Shown here: positions 1 to 10,377 of the stretch, one piece after another | Layout of the letters: each line of letters begins with the position of its first letter | How positions within the stretch are numbered: the first letter of the stretch is position 1 | Source of the DNA: an uncultured Actinomycetota bacterium | Lineage (GTDB): Bacteria; Actinomycetota; Acidimicrobiia; Spongiisociales; UBA4744 | DNA: 64,000 nt | NCBI GenBank assembly: GCA_963718995.1 | Contig: CAVRAP010000019.1 | Location: 32,243-96,242, forward strand | Direction of reading: 5' to 3' | Program-made: the position numbers and the translations under genes | Notes under the pieces: model-generated | Told to the model about the DNA's origin: nothing | Databases searched by the model: none | What the model saw: the letters and a program-made list of their open reading frames with translations, nothing else

Positions 1-1167
1 TCGATTGGTTCCATGAAGCTCGGATCGTCCCAGGGGAAGGCGCCCCGCGAGGCCGGGTCTTTGCCTCCCGTCATGCCAATCTCATCGCCGTAGTACACGC
101 ATGGCGCACCCGGGTGGGTGAACATCAGCAATGCTGCCAACACGACCGAGTCGACATCGCCGTCTGCCACCGTCAACGGGCGGGCCGTGTCGTGCGATCC
201 AAGCAGATTGAAGGTTGAACGAGTCAAGTGCTCGGGATAGAGCGACAGGAGCTCAGTGATGGCATCGCCGTACTCGGCGGCGTCGATGGCCGGCGTTATC
301 GGGTAGTCGACTCCGTCGGCCAGTTCGGGGTCGACGCGCTCACCGGCTACGAAGGCCAGCGTCTTGCCTGTGAAGACATAGTTCATGGCAGCGTCGAATC
401 GGTCCCCCCGGCCGAGCCAGGCTGAAGCGTCGTCCCAGATCTCGCCGACGAGGTAGGCCTCGGGATTCAAGGCGCGGACGCGAGCCCGAAACTCTTCCCA
501 GAAACCCGGGGTCGTGATCTCGGCGGGAACGTCGAGCCGCCAACCGTCGATCCCCTGGGCGGTCCAATGCTCGGCAACGCCCATCAGGTATTCGCGGACG
601 TCCGGATGGTCGGTGTTGAATTTCGGGCAGAGCCGGGTTGTCCCCACCAGGCGTGATAGTTGGGAGGAACTCCCTGCCGGTATGGATTGAGCGGCAAACC
701 GGTGACCGTGAACCACTCAATCCAGGGTGATTCGAGGCCGTTCTCGAGGATGTCATTGAAGGGGAAGAAGCCACGACTCGCATGATTGAAGACTCCGTCG
801 AGGATGACCCGGATCCCGCGGTTGTGACAACCGTCCAGCAACGTTCGAAGGCTTCGTTTCCGCCGAGCAGGGGATCGACCTGGAGGTAGTCGTGGGTGTG
901 GTAACGGTGATTGGAGGCGGATTGAAAGATCGGATTGAAATAGATGGCGTTGATGCCGAGGTCGCTCAGCCAGTCCAATCGTTCGAACACGCCGAGGAGG
1001 TCTCCGCCTTTGTAACCGTGACTCGTCGGCGGCGAATCCCACGGCTCGAGGTTCGTCGGTTGTGGGACCTTGCGCGAACGGGCGAACCGATCGGGGAAGA
1101 TCTGATAGAAGACGGCATCAGCTACCCAGTCGGGCGGTCGATCGAAGGCAGTTCGGGTATCGGACAC
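1..1167 (-). CDS. GH13 glycoside hydrolase (neopullulanase/cyclomaltodextrinase-like); apparent indels near 843, 643 and 626; runs off the window start
   Basis: Motifs [37 protein letters not shown] and [10 protein letters not shown] are spread across ORFs 340..1167 and 584..1042. Confidence 0.85.
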
Positions 1168-1238
1168 CGGCCAGACTCTATCCGTTCGCCGGTGTCAGGT
1201 GGGTCGTTCGGCGACGGTCTGCGCTCTGGTCGGCTGCT

Positions 1239-1433
1239 TTACGCCTCGGACGGAGAAATCTGTCCCCGGACCCGCGGAAAACGAACCGGAGTGTGTTGGC
1301 GGCAGGTGGGCCGGGAGTTATACGTGGACAGCCGTGTTCCGCAGTCCTCTTGCGAGCACACCCGACCGGTCGGGTACGTGCCGGGTTTGCGAACGTAGCC
1401 CCCTGCTTTCCTGGCTTTCATGATGTCGCTCAT
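1239..1433 (-). CDS. Small basic protein with C-x4-C...C-x2-H putative zinc ligands
   Basis: ATG at 1433 with GAAAGG upstream; sequence RVCSQEDCGTRLSTYNSRPTCRQH. Confidence 0.6.
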   Translation of the reverse strand: MSDIMKARKAGGYVRKPGTYPTGRVCSQEDCGTRLSTYNSRPTCRQHTPVRFPRVRGQISPSEA

Positions 1434-1649
1434 GCTTTGTCCTTTCCGATCCTCCATCGTCCGATGAGACGGTGAGAATCACGTGAATGGTTTCTGAGAA
1501 TTGCCTAAGAATCGAGCGAAGCTAGCGGTTCGTCGACATCGCATGCCTGCTTGCCTGCTCCTGGCAGGATCCATTGACCGGATGGCTTTTCTCCGCCGGT
1601 GGATGGTTCGGGTCGGTAGATTCCGAGATCAGGTAGGAGGGAGGGAAAA

Positions 1650-4598
1650 CTGAGCGGCAGGGCAAAGCTCGACATCTCGGTCCTGGGTGAACTCGAGGTT
1701 CGGATCGGTCGACATGACCGCACGCCGCCAGGGCGGTTGCCGCAGGCCGTGTTCTCCGTCCTCGTTGGCAGGCTGGGGAAGGCATTCAGCGCTGATAGCT
1801 TGATCGACACGGTCTGGAACGGTTCTCCCCCGAGGTCGGCGCGCTCAGCCTTGCGGGTGCACATCTCCCGGATCCGCCAGGCCATCGGCCTCCCCGGTCT
1901 TCTGGTTACGACTGACCATGGGTACCGGCTCCAGACCGATCCTGAGACGGTTGATGCGTATCGCTTCGAACATGGCGTCCGGGAAGGGAGACGGCTCCTC
2001 GAGGCCGGCGCCCACAGCCGAGCACAGCAGGCGCTTCGGCTTGCGATGGATGAATGGCGAGGTGACCCATACCTGGGCGCCGCGCACGTTCTGGCGCTGC
2101 AGTCGGAGGCCGCTCGTCTCGTGGCTCTGAAGAGGGAGGCCGACGTGGACCTGTCGGCCGCAGATATGGAGCTGGCCGGATCCGCTCCCGACACCACTGC
2201 CATCGAGGCGTTGGTACATGCCGATCCTCTGGACGAGCGGCGCTGGGCATTGCTGATGAAGGCCCTCTATCGCAGCGGCCGCCAGGCGGACGCCCTCAAC
2301 GCCTATCAGCGGGCGTCGCGATTGCTCGGGGAGCAACTAGGACTCGAGCCTGGTCCCGAACTGAAAGAGCTGGAAGAGCGGATCCTTCTCCATGACCCGA
2401 ATCTGCGGCCTGCAGGCACATCTCCGGTTGTTGCTTTGCCCGGGTTCGCCACGTCGATGGTGGGACGCTCGGAGCAGGTCGCGACGCTGGCCAAGCGCCT
2501 CGGCGAGCATCGTCTCATGACCGTGACCGGTCTTGGCGGTGTTGGCAAGACACGGCTCGCCGTGGCAGCCGCTCACGCCGCCGTCGTTGACTTCCCCGAT
2601 GGTGCCGTGTTCATTCCACTCGACCCTGTCTCCGACGCCGGACTCGTGGCGGATGCGATCACAAGTCACCTCGATATTGCACCGTCGGTAGATCCGGTCG
2701 ACGCGCTGGTTCATCACCTCGCCGACCGGCAGATTGTGCTCGTACTCGACAATTGTGAACACGTGGTCGACGAGGTTGCCCGGTTGGTCAGTCGGATCTT
2801 GACCAGCAGCCCGGGCACCGGACTGCTGTGCACGAGTCGAATGCCCATCGGCGTGACGGGAGAGACTTCGTTTCCTGTGGGGCCACTACCGGTGCCGCCC
2901 CCCGGACAGGAGTTCACCACCCCGGACAACCTGCTCCGCTACGAGTCGATCGCCCTCTTCTGCGATCGAGCACGGCTGGCTCGCCCCGAATTCACATTCG
3001 ATGCCGAGAGCGCTCCGGTGATCGCGGAGATAGTTCGCCGTCTGGCCGGCATCCCGCTGTCGATCGAGATTGCCGCGGCGAACAGCGACCTGCTCAATCC
3101 GGCCGACATCCTCGATCGCATCGAGGCTGCGCCGCAGCTTCTGGTGGCCGAGGAACGAGACCGGGCCGATCGCCACCAGAGCATGGCCGAAGCGGTGGCG
3201 TGGAGCCTCGACCTTCTCGACGAGCCGGCCCGAGAGCTGTTCAAGAGGATGTCGGTGTTTCACTCGCCGGTGGACGCGGAGACACTTGAGGCAGTGTGTC
3301 GGGATGATGTGCTCGATTCGGGGGCGATCTACGGATCTCTGGCGGCTCTGGTGAGATCGTCTTTGGTACCGGTCGACTTCGACACCGCTCGGGCCCGCTA
3401 TGTCCAGTTGCCGCCGATTCGAGGGGTTGCTCTCGATCTGCTCGGTAGTGACGAGCCGAGCGTCCGACAGCGCCACCTCGATCACTTCGCGGCGCTGGCA
3501 TCCGCGGAGGTCGACAGTATCGGCGGACCAGGGGAGGCTGCGTCGTTCGAACGACTGACCTCCGTGATCGATGAGCTCCGATCCGCGCTCCACTTTGCCA
3601 TCACCAATCGGCCGGAGATTGGCCGCCAGATGTGCGTTGATCTCGGCACATATTGGCTGCGTTCGGGGCGGACCAAGGAGGCCCGCGCTTGGGTCGGGCA
3701 GTTCACCGATAGCGAATTGGACGTTCCCAATATCACGGCGTCGCTGTCGCACCTGGCCGGATCCCTCGCTCTCGTGGAACACGACCTCGAGGCGGCCGAC
3801 GAGGCGCTCACCGCCGCGCTTCAGCTCCGTCGGGATCTCGGTTTGCGGCGGGAGCTCGGGATGACGCTCAGCAACCTGGGTGGGCTCGCCAACAGCCGGA
3901 AGGACTACGGGAGAGCGGAGTCCCTCTTCCGGGAAGCCCTCGAGGTGTTCGGCAAGGAGAAGTACGAGAGGGGAGGGGCCGCCGCCCGGTTGAATCTGGG
4001 ACTCGCGTTGCTCAATCGGGGCGAGATCGAAGCCGCTGCCCAGGAGATACAGTTCGCCGTCGATGGGTTCCGTCGCCTTGGTGATCGCGGTGAGGAGGCA
4101 CACGCCCTCAGTCGGCTCGGGTTTGCACACGCGGCGCTGGGTGATCTGGCTCGTGCCGAGGCCTGCCGGCTCGCCGGCCACCGGATCGCTCAGAACCTGG
4201 GCCGGGTCCCGGACCTGGCTTTCAGTCATATGAACCTGGCCGCCCACTACCTCGAGATCTCAGACCTGGATCTCGCCAAGGAGCATGCGGCCTCGTCTGC
4301 CAAGCTGGTTGTCGAGGAGGACCTCGAACGATGGTGGATTCCGAATCTTGTGGAACTTGCCGCCGGGATCGAAGCTGATGCGGGAGACCCGGAGGAAGGT
4401 GCCCGATTCTTGGGATGTGCGGCCGCGTACCGGCGTGCGTATGACTTGCCTGTCTTGGATGCAGGGAAAGCGTTCCACAACGAGATGCGGCAACGGATCG
4501 AGGCTTCGCTGGGCAACAAGCAGTTCTTGATCGAGATGGAAGTAGGTGGAACCCGTACCCTCCTCGACGGTGTGCGGGCAGTCGCAGCCTGGTCGTGA
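1650..4598 (+). CDS. AfsR/SARP-type regulator (winged helix, BTAD, P-loop ATPase, TPR); probable CTG start
   Basis: Conserved N-terminus ISVLGELEVR lies upstream of the ORF-track start; BTAD PLDERRWALLMKALYRSGRQADAL; Walker A GLGGVGKT; Walker B LVLDNCEH. Confidence 0.9.
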   Translation: MSGRAKLDISVLGELEVRIGRHDRTPPGRLPQAVFSVLVGRLGKAFSADSLIDTVWNGSPPRSARSALRVHISRIRQAIGLPGLLVTTDHGYRLQTDPETVDAYRFEHGVREGRRLLEAGAHSRAQQALRLAMDEWRGDPYLGAAHVLALQSEAARLVALKREADVDLSAADMELAGSAPDTTAIEALVHADPLDERRWALLMKALYRSGRQADALNAYQRASRLLGEQLGLEPGPELKELEERILLHDPNLRPAGTSPVVALPGFATSMVGRSEQVATLAKRLGEHRLMTVTGLGGVGKTRLAVAAAHAAVVDFPDGAVFIPLDPVSDAGLVADAITSHLDIAPSVDPVDALVHHLADRQIVLVLDNCEHVVDEVARLVSRILTSSPGTGLLCTSRMPIGVTGETSFPVGPLPVPPPGQEFTTPDNLLRYESIALFCDRARLARPEFTFDAESAPVIAEIVRRLAGIPLSIEIAAANSDLLNPADILDRIEAAPQLLVAEERDRADRHQSMAEAVAWSLDLLDEPARELFKRMSVFHSPVDAETLEAVCRDDVLDSGAIYGSLAALVRSSLVPVDFDTARARYVQLPPIRGVALDLLGSDEPSVRQRHLDHFAALASAEVDSIGGPGEAASFERLTSVIDELRSALHFAITNRPEIGRQMCVDLGTYWLRSGRTKEARAWVGQFTDSELDVPNITASLSHLAGSLALVEHDLEAADEALTAALQLRRDLGLRRELGMTLSNLGGLANSRKDYGRAESLFREALEVFGKEKYERGGAAARLNLGLALLNRGEIEAAAQEIQFAVDGFRRLGDRGEEAHALSRLGFAHAALGDLARAEACRLAGHRIAQNLGRVPDLAFSHMNLAAHYLEISDLDLAKEHAASSAKLVVEEDLERWWIPNLVELAAGIEADAGDPEEGARFLGCAAAYRRAYDLPVLDAGKAFHNEMRQRIEASLGNKQFLIEMEVGGTRTLLDGVRAVAAWS

Positions 4599-4660
4599 GC
4601 GTTCGTTAATCAACCTTTTGCGCGCCCCTGGCATCGTTGCACGGAGCCAGGAGGCTTATT

Positions 4661-5371
4661 TTGCGTCATCTCATCTTCATGCTGTGCCTTGCCCTTGCCA
4701 TAGCCGCCTGCGGAGGCGACCCGGCCGGCACAGACGATGGCAGTGGAGCAGAGCCATCTTCTTCCCCGCCCTCAGCATTGAGCAGCGAACCGTCCACCCC
4801 GGACGACTCCGACGAGACGGCCGCGTCCGGCAGCGGCCCGGAGGGGGATCTCCCGTTTGAGAACGGAGAGGGTTTCTTCACCATCGACGGGGAGCGATTC
4901 GATCCCGAGTTCGTTGTGAGTTGCATCCCCTTCGATGCGTCTGAGTTCGGTGGCCGGGCGGGCCATCCAGACGACGTGGCGATCAACGCCATCAAGGACG
5001 GCACGGCGCTCGAAGTCCAGGTCGCATACGAGGAGGGAGCGGGCGCCGGCGGAGACAAGGTCTACGACGCCGTTTTCGTGAGTCCGATCTTCTTGCGACC
5101 CGGAGAAGATGGTCAGGAGTCTTTCGAGGCAAGCTTCCTCACCGATCCGGAAGGTGTGTGGTACTCCGCGGAGACGGACAGCACCATCCAACTGTCGATG
5201 GGGAATGCCGCGGGCGCCCCATTGGACGATGCGCCGATGATCCGACAAGACAACCGCATCACGGGCACGGTCACCCTGCCGCAAACCTGGCCTGATGGCG
5301 CCTCCGGATCTGTCGCCGTGTCGTACGACCTGTCGTTCGCCTCAGAGCAATTCGACTGCAGCACGCGATGA
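4661..5371 (+). CDS. Putative lipoprotein
   Basis: AGGAGG then TTG; lipobox IAAC; acidic Ser/Pro linker; Cys near the C-terminus. Confidence 0.7.
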   Translation: MRHLIFMLCLALAIAACGGDPAGTDDGSGAEPSSSPPSALSSEPSTPDDSDETAASGSGPEGDLPFENGEGFFTIDGERFDPEFVVSCIPFDASEFGGRAGHPDDVAINAIKDGTALEVQVAYEEGAGAGGDKVYDAVFVSPIFLRPGEDGQESFEASFLTDPEGVWYSAETDSTIQLSMGNAAGAPLDDAPMIRQDNRITGTVTLPQTWPDGASGSVAVSYDLSFASEQFDCSTR

Positions 5372-5409
5372 CCAGTGCCAGCGTCCGAACAACGAATGGA
5401 GTTGGGAGG

Positions 5410-5931
5410 ATGATCGTGCACAGATTCATCTTGACCACCTGCATGGCGCTGGTGGTGGCTGCCTGTGGGGACGGCACCGATGGCCCTGCGGGGAATGGGG
5501 CCGGCAACATGGGAGAGACGGCATTCGAGGGCAGCGAAGCCACCACAGGCGGATCCGATGGCAGTTCGTCCCCGGACGACGGCAGTGACCCGGCCGACGG
5601 CGGCACGGGCGCGGCCAGGGCGACACTGGTCGTCGGTGACGAGACCTACACCTGGGAAGGCAATCAGTGGACCTACTGCGAGATTGGCGGGCTCTTCCCG
5701 GCCAATGCCGAGTTCCAGACCGAACCGGACAAACGATCCGGCAACTGGGTGCAATTCATTGATCGGAGAGACGGCGGCATCAACTTCAGCGCAATCCTCG
5801 GCGGTCGGGAGTTCGGGGGGACCGGCTCCGGTGAGGCCGACGAGATCACTTCCAACGGCTTCACCTTCACCGGATCTCTGAACAACTCGGGCACGGTGTA
5901 TGACGCCCGGCTCGAGGTGAGCTGCGGATGA
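5410..5931 (+). CDS. Putative lipoprotein
   Basis: Lipobox VAAC; ends LEVSCG. Confidence 0.7.
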   Translation: MIVHRFILTTCMALVVAACGDGTDGPAGNGAGNMGETAFEGSEATTGGSDGSSSPDDGSDPADGGTGAARATLVVGDETYTWEGNQWTYCEIGGLFPANAEFQTEPDKRSGNWVQFIDRRDGGINFSAILGGREFGGTGSGEADEITSNGFTFTGSLNNSGTVYDARLEVSCG

Positions 5932-5968
5932 CGGTTCGAACCGAACAACGAGGAACTAGGAGAACATC

Positions 5969-6607
5969 ATGAAGAAACTCGTTCTGATGGTGGCGATGGT
6001 GCTGGTTGCGGCGGCGTGCGGCGGCGGTGAGGCAGGCTCCGACGACACTCCGGCCGACGACGGATCATCCGTGACAACGGCGGCCGGCTCGCCCGAGACG
6101 AGTGCTCCGGAGACCGGCGACGACGGTGAGTCGACCGACCCCGCTCCGTCCGACCTTTCCGGTATCGGGGAGGGAACGGTCACTCTCAACGGCGAGACTT
6201 ACTTGTTCGGAGAAGCCGGTTTCCCCGCTCTGCAGTGCGAGCCAGACATGTTCGGCGTGTTCTTCGTGGTGCTCCAGCAGGTGGATGCGTCTGGGGGAGA
6301 AGTCCCCGGCGGCCTCCTCGCCTTGACCCTGCTCCTGGAGGGCACTGATCCCGCGGTGGTGGGTCAGGACAACACTGCCCGCCTGACGATCGGCGGCGAG
6401 GACTGGATCGCAGAACCCGAGGACATCGCTGAGCGAGGACTGGATCCCGGCACCAGTCAGGTCGACTCGTACGCCATCGATGGGAACTCGGTGTCGGGCA
6501 CGGCGACCCTATATGAGGAGGAGAGCTACTACGCCACCACCGGCGGATCGACGGACCCGATCGTGACGGCCCAAGGGACGTTCGAGGTGACGTGCAGCGG
6601 TGAGTAG
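5969..6607 (+). CDS. Putative lipoprotein
   Basis: AGGAG RBS; MKK signal, lipobox AAAC; ends FEVTCSGE. Confidence 0.75.
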   Translation: MKKLVLMVAMVLVAAACGGGEAGSDDTPADDGSSVTTAAGSPETSAPETGDDGESTDPAPSDLSGIGEGTVTLNGETYLFGEAGFPALQCEPDMFGVFFVVLQQVDASGGEVPGGLLALTLLLEGTDPAVVGQDNTARLTIGGEDWIAEPEDIAERGLDPGTSQVDSYAIDGNSVSGTATLYEEESYYATTGGSTDPIVTAQGTFEVTCSGE

Positions 6608-6994
6608 CTGATGGCCGAGGTGCCCCGGGGACGGCATCTTCGGCGAGATCGAAGACGTTCTCCTCCCGGGGCTGTCGACCAAAAAGTAGATGGCAGTTTG
6701 CGGGGCGATCTCGATTGCGAAGCGGTTCGCGATCCGTCAACGACGGCGACGGGGAAGTGATGTCGTATGAGGTTCGACGGACCCGATCGTGCCGACCCAA
6801 GGGACATTCGAGGCGCCTTGTCGCGGTCGACGACCTCGGCGCAGAAAAGCCGGGGAGCGGTTGCAGACTATGGCCGACGAGGCTTCCGAGGACATGGAAG
6901 CCGTTGCGGCGACCTGTTGCCCGGGAAGCGTGCGGTTGTGACTCTCGAGGTCGTGTACGACCGGAGGTCCAACGAGACTACTGAGTCGCTCGAA

Positions 6995-7025
6995 TACCGG
7001 CTACCGGCTACCGGCTACCGGCTAC
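6995..7025. repeat. Heptamer tandem repeat (TACCGGC)x4
   Basis: Directly visible just upstream of pheA. Confidence 0.85.
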
Positions 7026-7038
7026 TAATGTCCGCGCC

Positions 7039-7847
7039 ATGTTGATCGGTTTTCAGGGTGAGCAGTACTCCTACAGCGACCGGGCATCCCGGGAGATGTT
7101 TCCGGACGGTGAGCTGATCGGGTACCCGAGTTTTGTGGCAGCCTTCGCGGCGTTGGCGGACGGGGCCGTCGAACGGCTGGTGCTCCCGATCGAGAATTCG
7201 ACGACCGGAAGCGTCTTGCCCGTACTCGATCGATTGGTGGATGCTCCCTCCGGATCGTCGCGGAACACCAGGTCGAGGTCCGCCATGCACTGCTCGGATT
7301 GGCGGGCACTTCGCTCGATGACATCAAACAGGTCCGTTCTCACCCCGAGGCACTCGCGCAGGCCGAGGCGATTATCCAGGCACGTGGATGGCAGCCCATC
7401 CCGACGCACGACACCGCAGGCGCAGTACGGGAGACGGCCGCTCGCCAGAATCCGGCGGAAGCGGCTCTGGCACCGCCCGAAGCGGCTCGTCCGCACAATC
7501 TCGAGGTCTTGATGTCGGATGTTGTCGATCGAGCACACAACACGACGAGGTTCGTTGTCCTGGCCGGTGGGGAGCCGACCATTGCGGAAGACGCCAACAA
7601 GTCGAGCATGGCATTCGAGACCCAGCACCGTCCCGGGGCGCTGGCCCTCGCCCTGACGGAGCTCGGTTTGCGTGGGGCCAATCTGACTCGCATTGAGTCG
7701 CGTCCGACCGACACCCCCTGGAGATACCGCATGTTCGTCGATCTGATCCACCGGCCGGGCCCGGAAGGATTCGCAGAGGTCTTCAGCCCACGGCCGGGTT
7801 CGATGGCCGAACTCCATCACCTGGGTACCTACCGGGCCGAGGTCTAG
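7039..7847 (+). CDS. pheA: Prephenate dehydratase with ACT domain; apparent indel near 7247
   Basis: GFQGEQYSYS, LPIENSTTGSV, SHPEALAQ, NTTRFVVL, NLTRIESRP. Confidence 0.9.
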
Positions 7848-7890
7848 GCGACGCCCTCTCCCCGTTGCGTATGGGCGGCCACGAGAGGAT

Positions 7891-8943
7891 TCAGTCGAGA
7901 CCGACCGGAGCCAAGTGGTGAAGCGGCTCGAGCAGCTTGACGAGCTGTGGAGATGGAGGGCCGGCGACCCGGGCGGCATCGTGAATCTCGGGGAGGTGGG
8001 GTAGCAAGATGGCCGGTTCGAGGCCGAGCCAATGGCGGGCGGCGCGGACGGCATCTTCCCGACTGTCGGCCGGAACCCGGTTGAGGACCAGATGAGGGAG
8101 GGGGGCCGCCCAGGTCTCAACGGTACGTGCCGCTCTGACCAGACCTTTTGGCGTTGCTTCGCAGGTGAGGATTCGTGAAGCGGCCCGATACAGCAACGGG
8201 TCGTCCGGTTCACTGACGCCGAGGTCGACCACGACTCGCGCAAACGTCCCCTCAGCTGCCTGGATAACCTCGTTCACCAGTGCGGAGCTGAGGGGACCGG
8301 ATCGGCGGATGGGCGGACCGGCCAGGAGCGAAAGTGGGCCGATCCGGCGGACATCGGGTGGGAAGGCACCGGACAGCATGATCTCATCCGCAGCGAACGC
8401 AACGTCCGGCGCGGGCAGCACCCCCAGCCTGACCGAGAGCGAAGGGCCCTGGCGGTCCAGATCGATCAGCAAGGTGGCTCGTTGCCCGGCGAGTCCCCAG
8501 GCCAGGCTGAGGGCGACTTCGGAGATGCCGGGTGCGCCCCGACTGCCGGTAACGGCGATCAAAGCCCCCGCTTCAACCGGGGCCTGGGCCGGTCGCTGCA
8601 TGGTCCGGACGATCTGGAGCAGCCGCTCCGGCGGGGTCGAGTCGGGGAGTACCTCGTCGGCGCCGCCCATGGTGAGCAGTCGATGGGCCGGTTGATCGTT
8701 CGGTGGATGTAGACCCAGCACGCCCGGCCCGCGACTTCTCCAGCTTCTGATGACGGTGGGGGTGACCCAGGCGGTCTCGGCTCCCGCCACAATCACGTCG
8801 AGCCCGCCGTTATGCCTGTCGAGGTCGGCAGGTTGATAGGCGCGGGCAACGAGTCTCACCAGACTGGTTGCCCGGGCCAGGTGTGCGAAGCTCGACTCCC
8901 ACTCGCGGGCCGAGAGAACCGTGGCAACCCTGGTCCTGGTCAT
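7891..8943 (-). CDS. CpaE/MinD-like P-loop protein with receiver-like N-terminus
   Basis: Deviant Walker A AVTGSRGAPGIS, LLIDLD, VVVDLG. Confidence 0.7.
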   Translation of the reverse strand: MTRTRVATVLSAREWESSFAHLARATSLVRLVARAYQPADLDRHNGGLDVIVAGAETAWVTPTVIRSWRSRGPGVLGLHPPNDQPAHRLLTMGGADEVLPDSTPPERLLQIVRTMQRPAQAPVEAGALIAVTGSRGAPGISEVALSLAWGLAGQRATLLIDLDRQGPSLSVRLGVLPAPDVAFAADEIMLSGAFPPDVRRIGPLSLLAGPPIRRSGPLSSALVNEVIQAAEGTFARVVVDLGVSEPDDPLLYRAASRILTCEATPKGLVRAARTVETWAAPLPHLVLNRVPADSREDAVRAARHWLGLEPAILLPHLPEIHDAARVAGPPSPQLVKLLEPLHHLAPVGLD

Positions 8944-9245
8944 GGGTTGACGGACCGGATAACGACGATGTGCAACAGGGCAATGCAGGCGGCCGCGCCG
9001 CTTGTCTCCAGTACTACATGATCCACGCCAACGCCGCCAACGGTTCCGGATCGGTCCCTGCCGTCGATACACGTGATGTGGACGGATTCGTTCCGATCCT
9101 CGGCATCGAGCAATCGATCGCGAATAGTGCTGCGTCTTCGCAGGGTGATGGCGGCCGCCTCCTGTTCGGCTTCGAGCACCTGGGAAAGCTGGAGTCGGAG
9201 CCGGCGCGAAATCTCGATGAGATCGGGGTGTCTGAGCGGGTCCAT
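8940..9245 (-). CDS. Hypothetical protein, coupled to the CpaE-like gene
   Basis: ATG at 9245; 4-nt overlap with the downstream start; G.V.GVGVDHVVL motif. Confidence 0.6.
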   Translation of the reverse strand: MDPLRHPDLIEISRRLRLQLSQVLEAEQEAAAITLRRRSTIRDRLLDAEDRNESVHITCIDGRDRSGTVGGVGVDHVVLETSGAAACIALLHIVVIRSVNP

Positions 9246-9380
9246 CGTACCTGGCCTATTGTCGAATATCGTAAAACAACGATAATTGCGGACGGACGGT
9301 CGGACAACCGATTTGATTGCATTTGTTTCGCGCCCTACACCCCTTGCTCGCGAGCCCCGGTTCTCATAGCCTGGGGTCAC

Positions 9381-9604
9381 ATGGAGTGGATTGAAGTCAA
9401 CGTTCCCAAAGAGTGGCTGTCCGTTGCCGACATCTGTGAGTACATGGATGTCTCCACCTTTGTGGTCACCAGCGTGCTGCGCAGCGGTCAACTGCCTGCA
9501 GTGAAATTTGGCCGCGGAATTGGCGCGTGGCCAGGCAAGACTTCGAGGTCTGGATCAACGAAGCGCGCGCTCGTGCCGTGAGCGTTGAGGAGCCTCAGCG
9601 CTGA
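9381..9604 (+). CDS. Excisionase-like (HTH_17) DNA-binding protein; apparent indels near 9516-9521
   Basis: WLSVADICEYMDVS...LRSGQLPAVKFGR continues as EWRVARQDFEVWI in a shifted frame. Confidence 0.75.
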
Positions 9605-9628
9605 ATCCCGGGAGTAACGTGGGCGGCG

Positions 9629-9910
9629 ATGACAACGACGCCGCGCCGGGACGAACTTGGGGACACGCAGGTCGATGTGGATCGTCCCTGGAATGTCGTA
9701 GTTTGGAACGACCCGGTGAATCTCATGACGTACGTGGTGTATGTGTTCAGGAAACTGTTCGGATTCCCCAAAGAAAAGGCGAACCTCCTGATGCTGCAAG
9801 TCCACAACGAAGGGCGGGCAATCGTCGCCACCGGTCCGCGCGAGAAAATGGAGATGGATTGCTTCCGGCTCCATCATCACGGTTTGTGGGCCACCATGGA
9901 ACGAGCATGA
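9629..9910 (+). CDS. clpS: Clp protease adaptor ClpS
   Basis: [16 protein letters not shown]...[12 protein letters not shown]. Confidence 0.95.
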   Translation: MTTTPRRDELGDTQVDVDRPWNVVVWNDPVNLMTYVVYVFRKLFGFPKEKANLLMLQVHNEGRAIVATGPREKMEMDCFRLHHHGLWATMERA

Positions 9911-10377
9911 GCAACCCCTTCCGGCTTGTCGCAGGCCACATACAGCTGACCATGGATCCGCGAGAGGCCGACGCTCTGCTGGTGGTTCCCGACCTTCTCG
10001 CATCGGTTGGCGCCACGTACTCGGACCCGATGACCGATCGGCTCAATCAGACGCCGTATCCGGACGACCGCGAGGCAGCCATGGAGTTCGAGCGGTTGAT
10101 GGCCGAAGAGATGGCGCAGTCCCGGGCGGCAGATCGCTCTGCCTTCTCGCTCACCGTCGAGCAGTCCCCGCACGGGGTGAGCATGTCGGTCGGCGAAGGG
10201 GAAGCCTGGCTGCGAGTCCTGGCCGAGGCTCGATTGGTCCTGGCGGGGCGATTGGGGATCACGAACGATGGGTGGGAGGACGATCTGTCCGAGGAGGATC
10301 CCTCCGTTGCGCTCCTTCACTATCTGGGGTGGCTGCAGCAATCATTGGCTGAGACCCTCGAGGCCAACCTCTCGTGA
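9907..10377 (+). CDS. DUF2017-family protein
   Basis: Coupled to clpS; [14 protein letters not shown] and YLGWLQQSL; usual actinobacterial clpS neighbour. Confidence 0.8.
   Translation: MSNPFRLVAGHIQLTMDPREADALLVVPDLLASVGATYSDPMTDRLNQTPYPDDREAAMEFERLMAEEMAQSRAADRSAFSLTVEQSPHGVSMSVGEGEAWLRVLAEARLVLAGRLGITNDGWEDDLSEEDPSVALLHYLGWLQQSLAETLEANLS

Noticed and set aside
6611-6990. ORFs 6715..6984 and 6767..7045 as real genes
   Set aside because: No motif or clear RBS, and the region contains a decayed duplicate of the upstream gene end.
9381-9604. Prophage or integrative element implied by the excisionase-like gene
   Set aside because: No integrase, attachment site, tRNA or phage genes; the neighbours are housekeeping genes.
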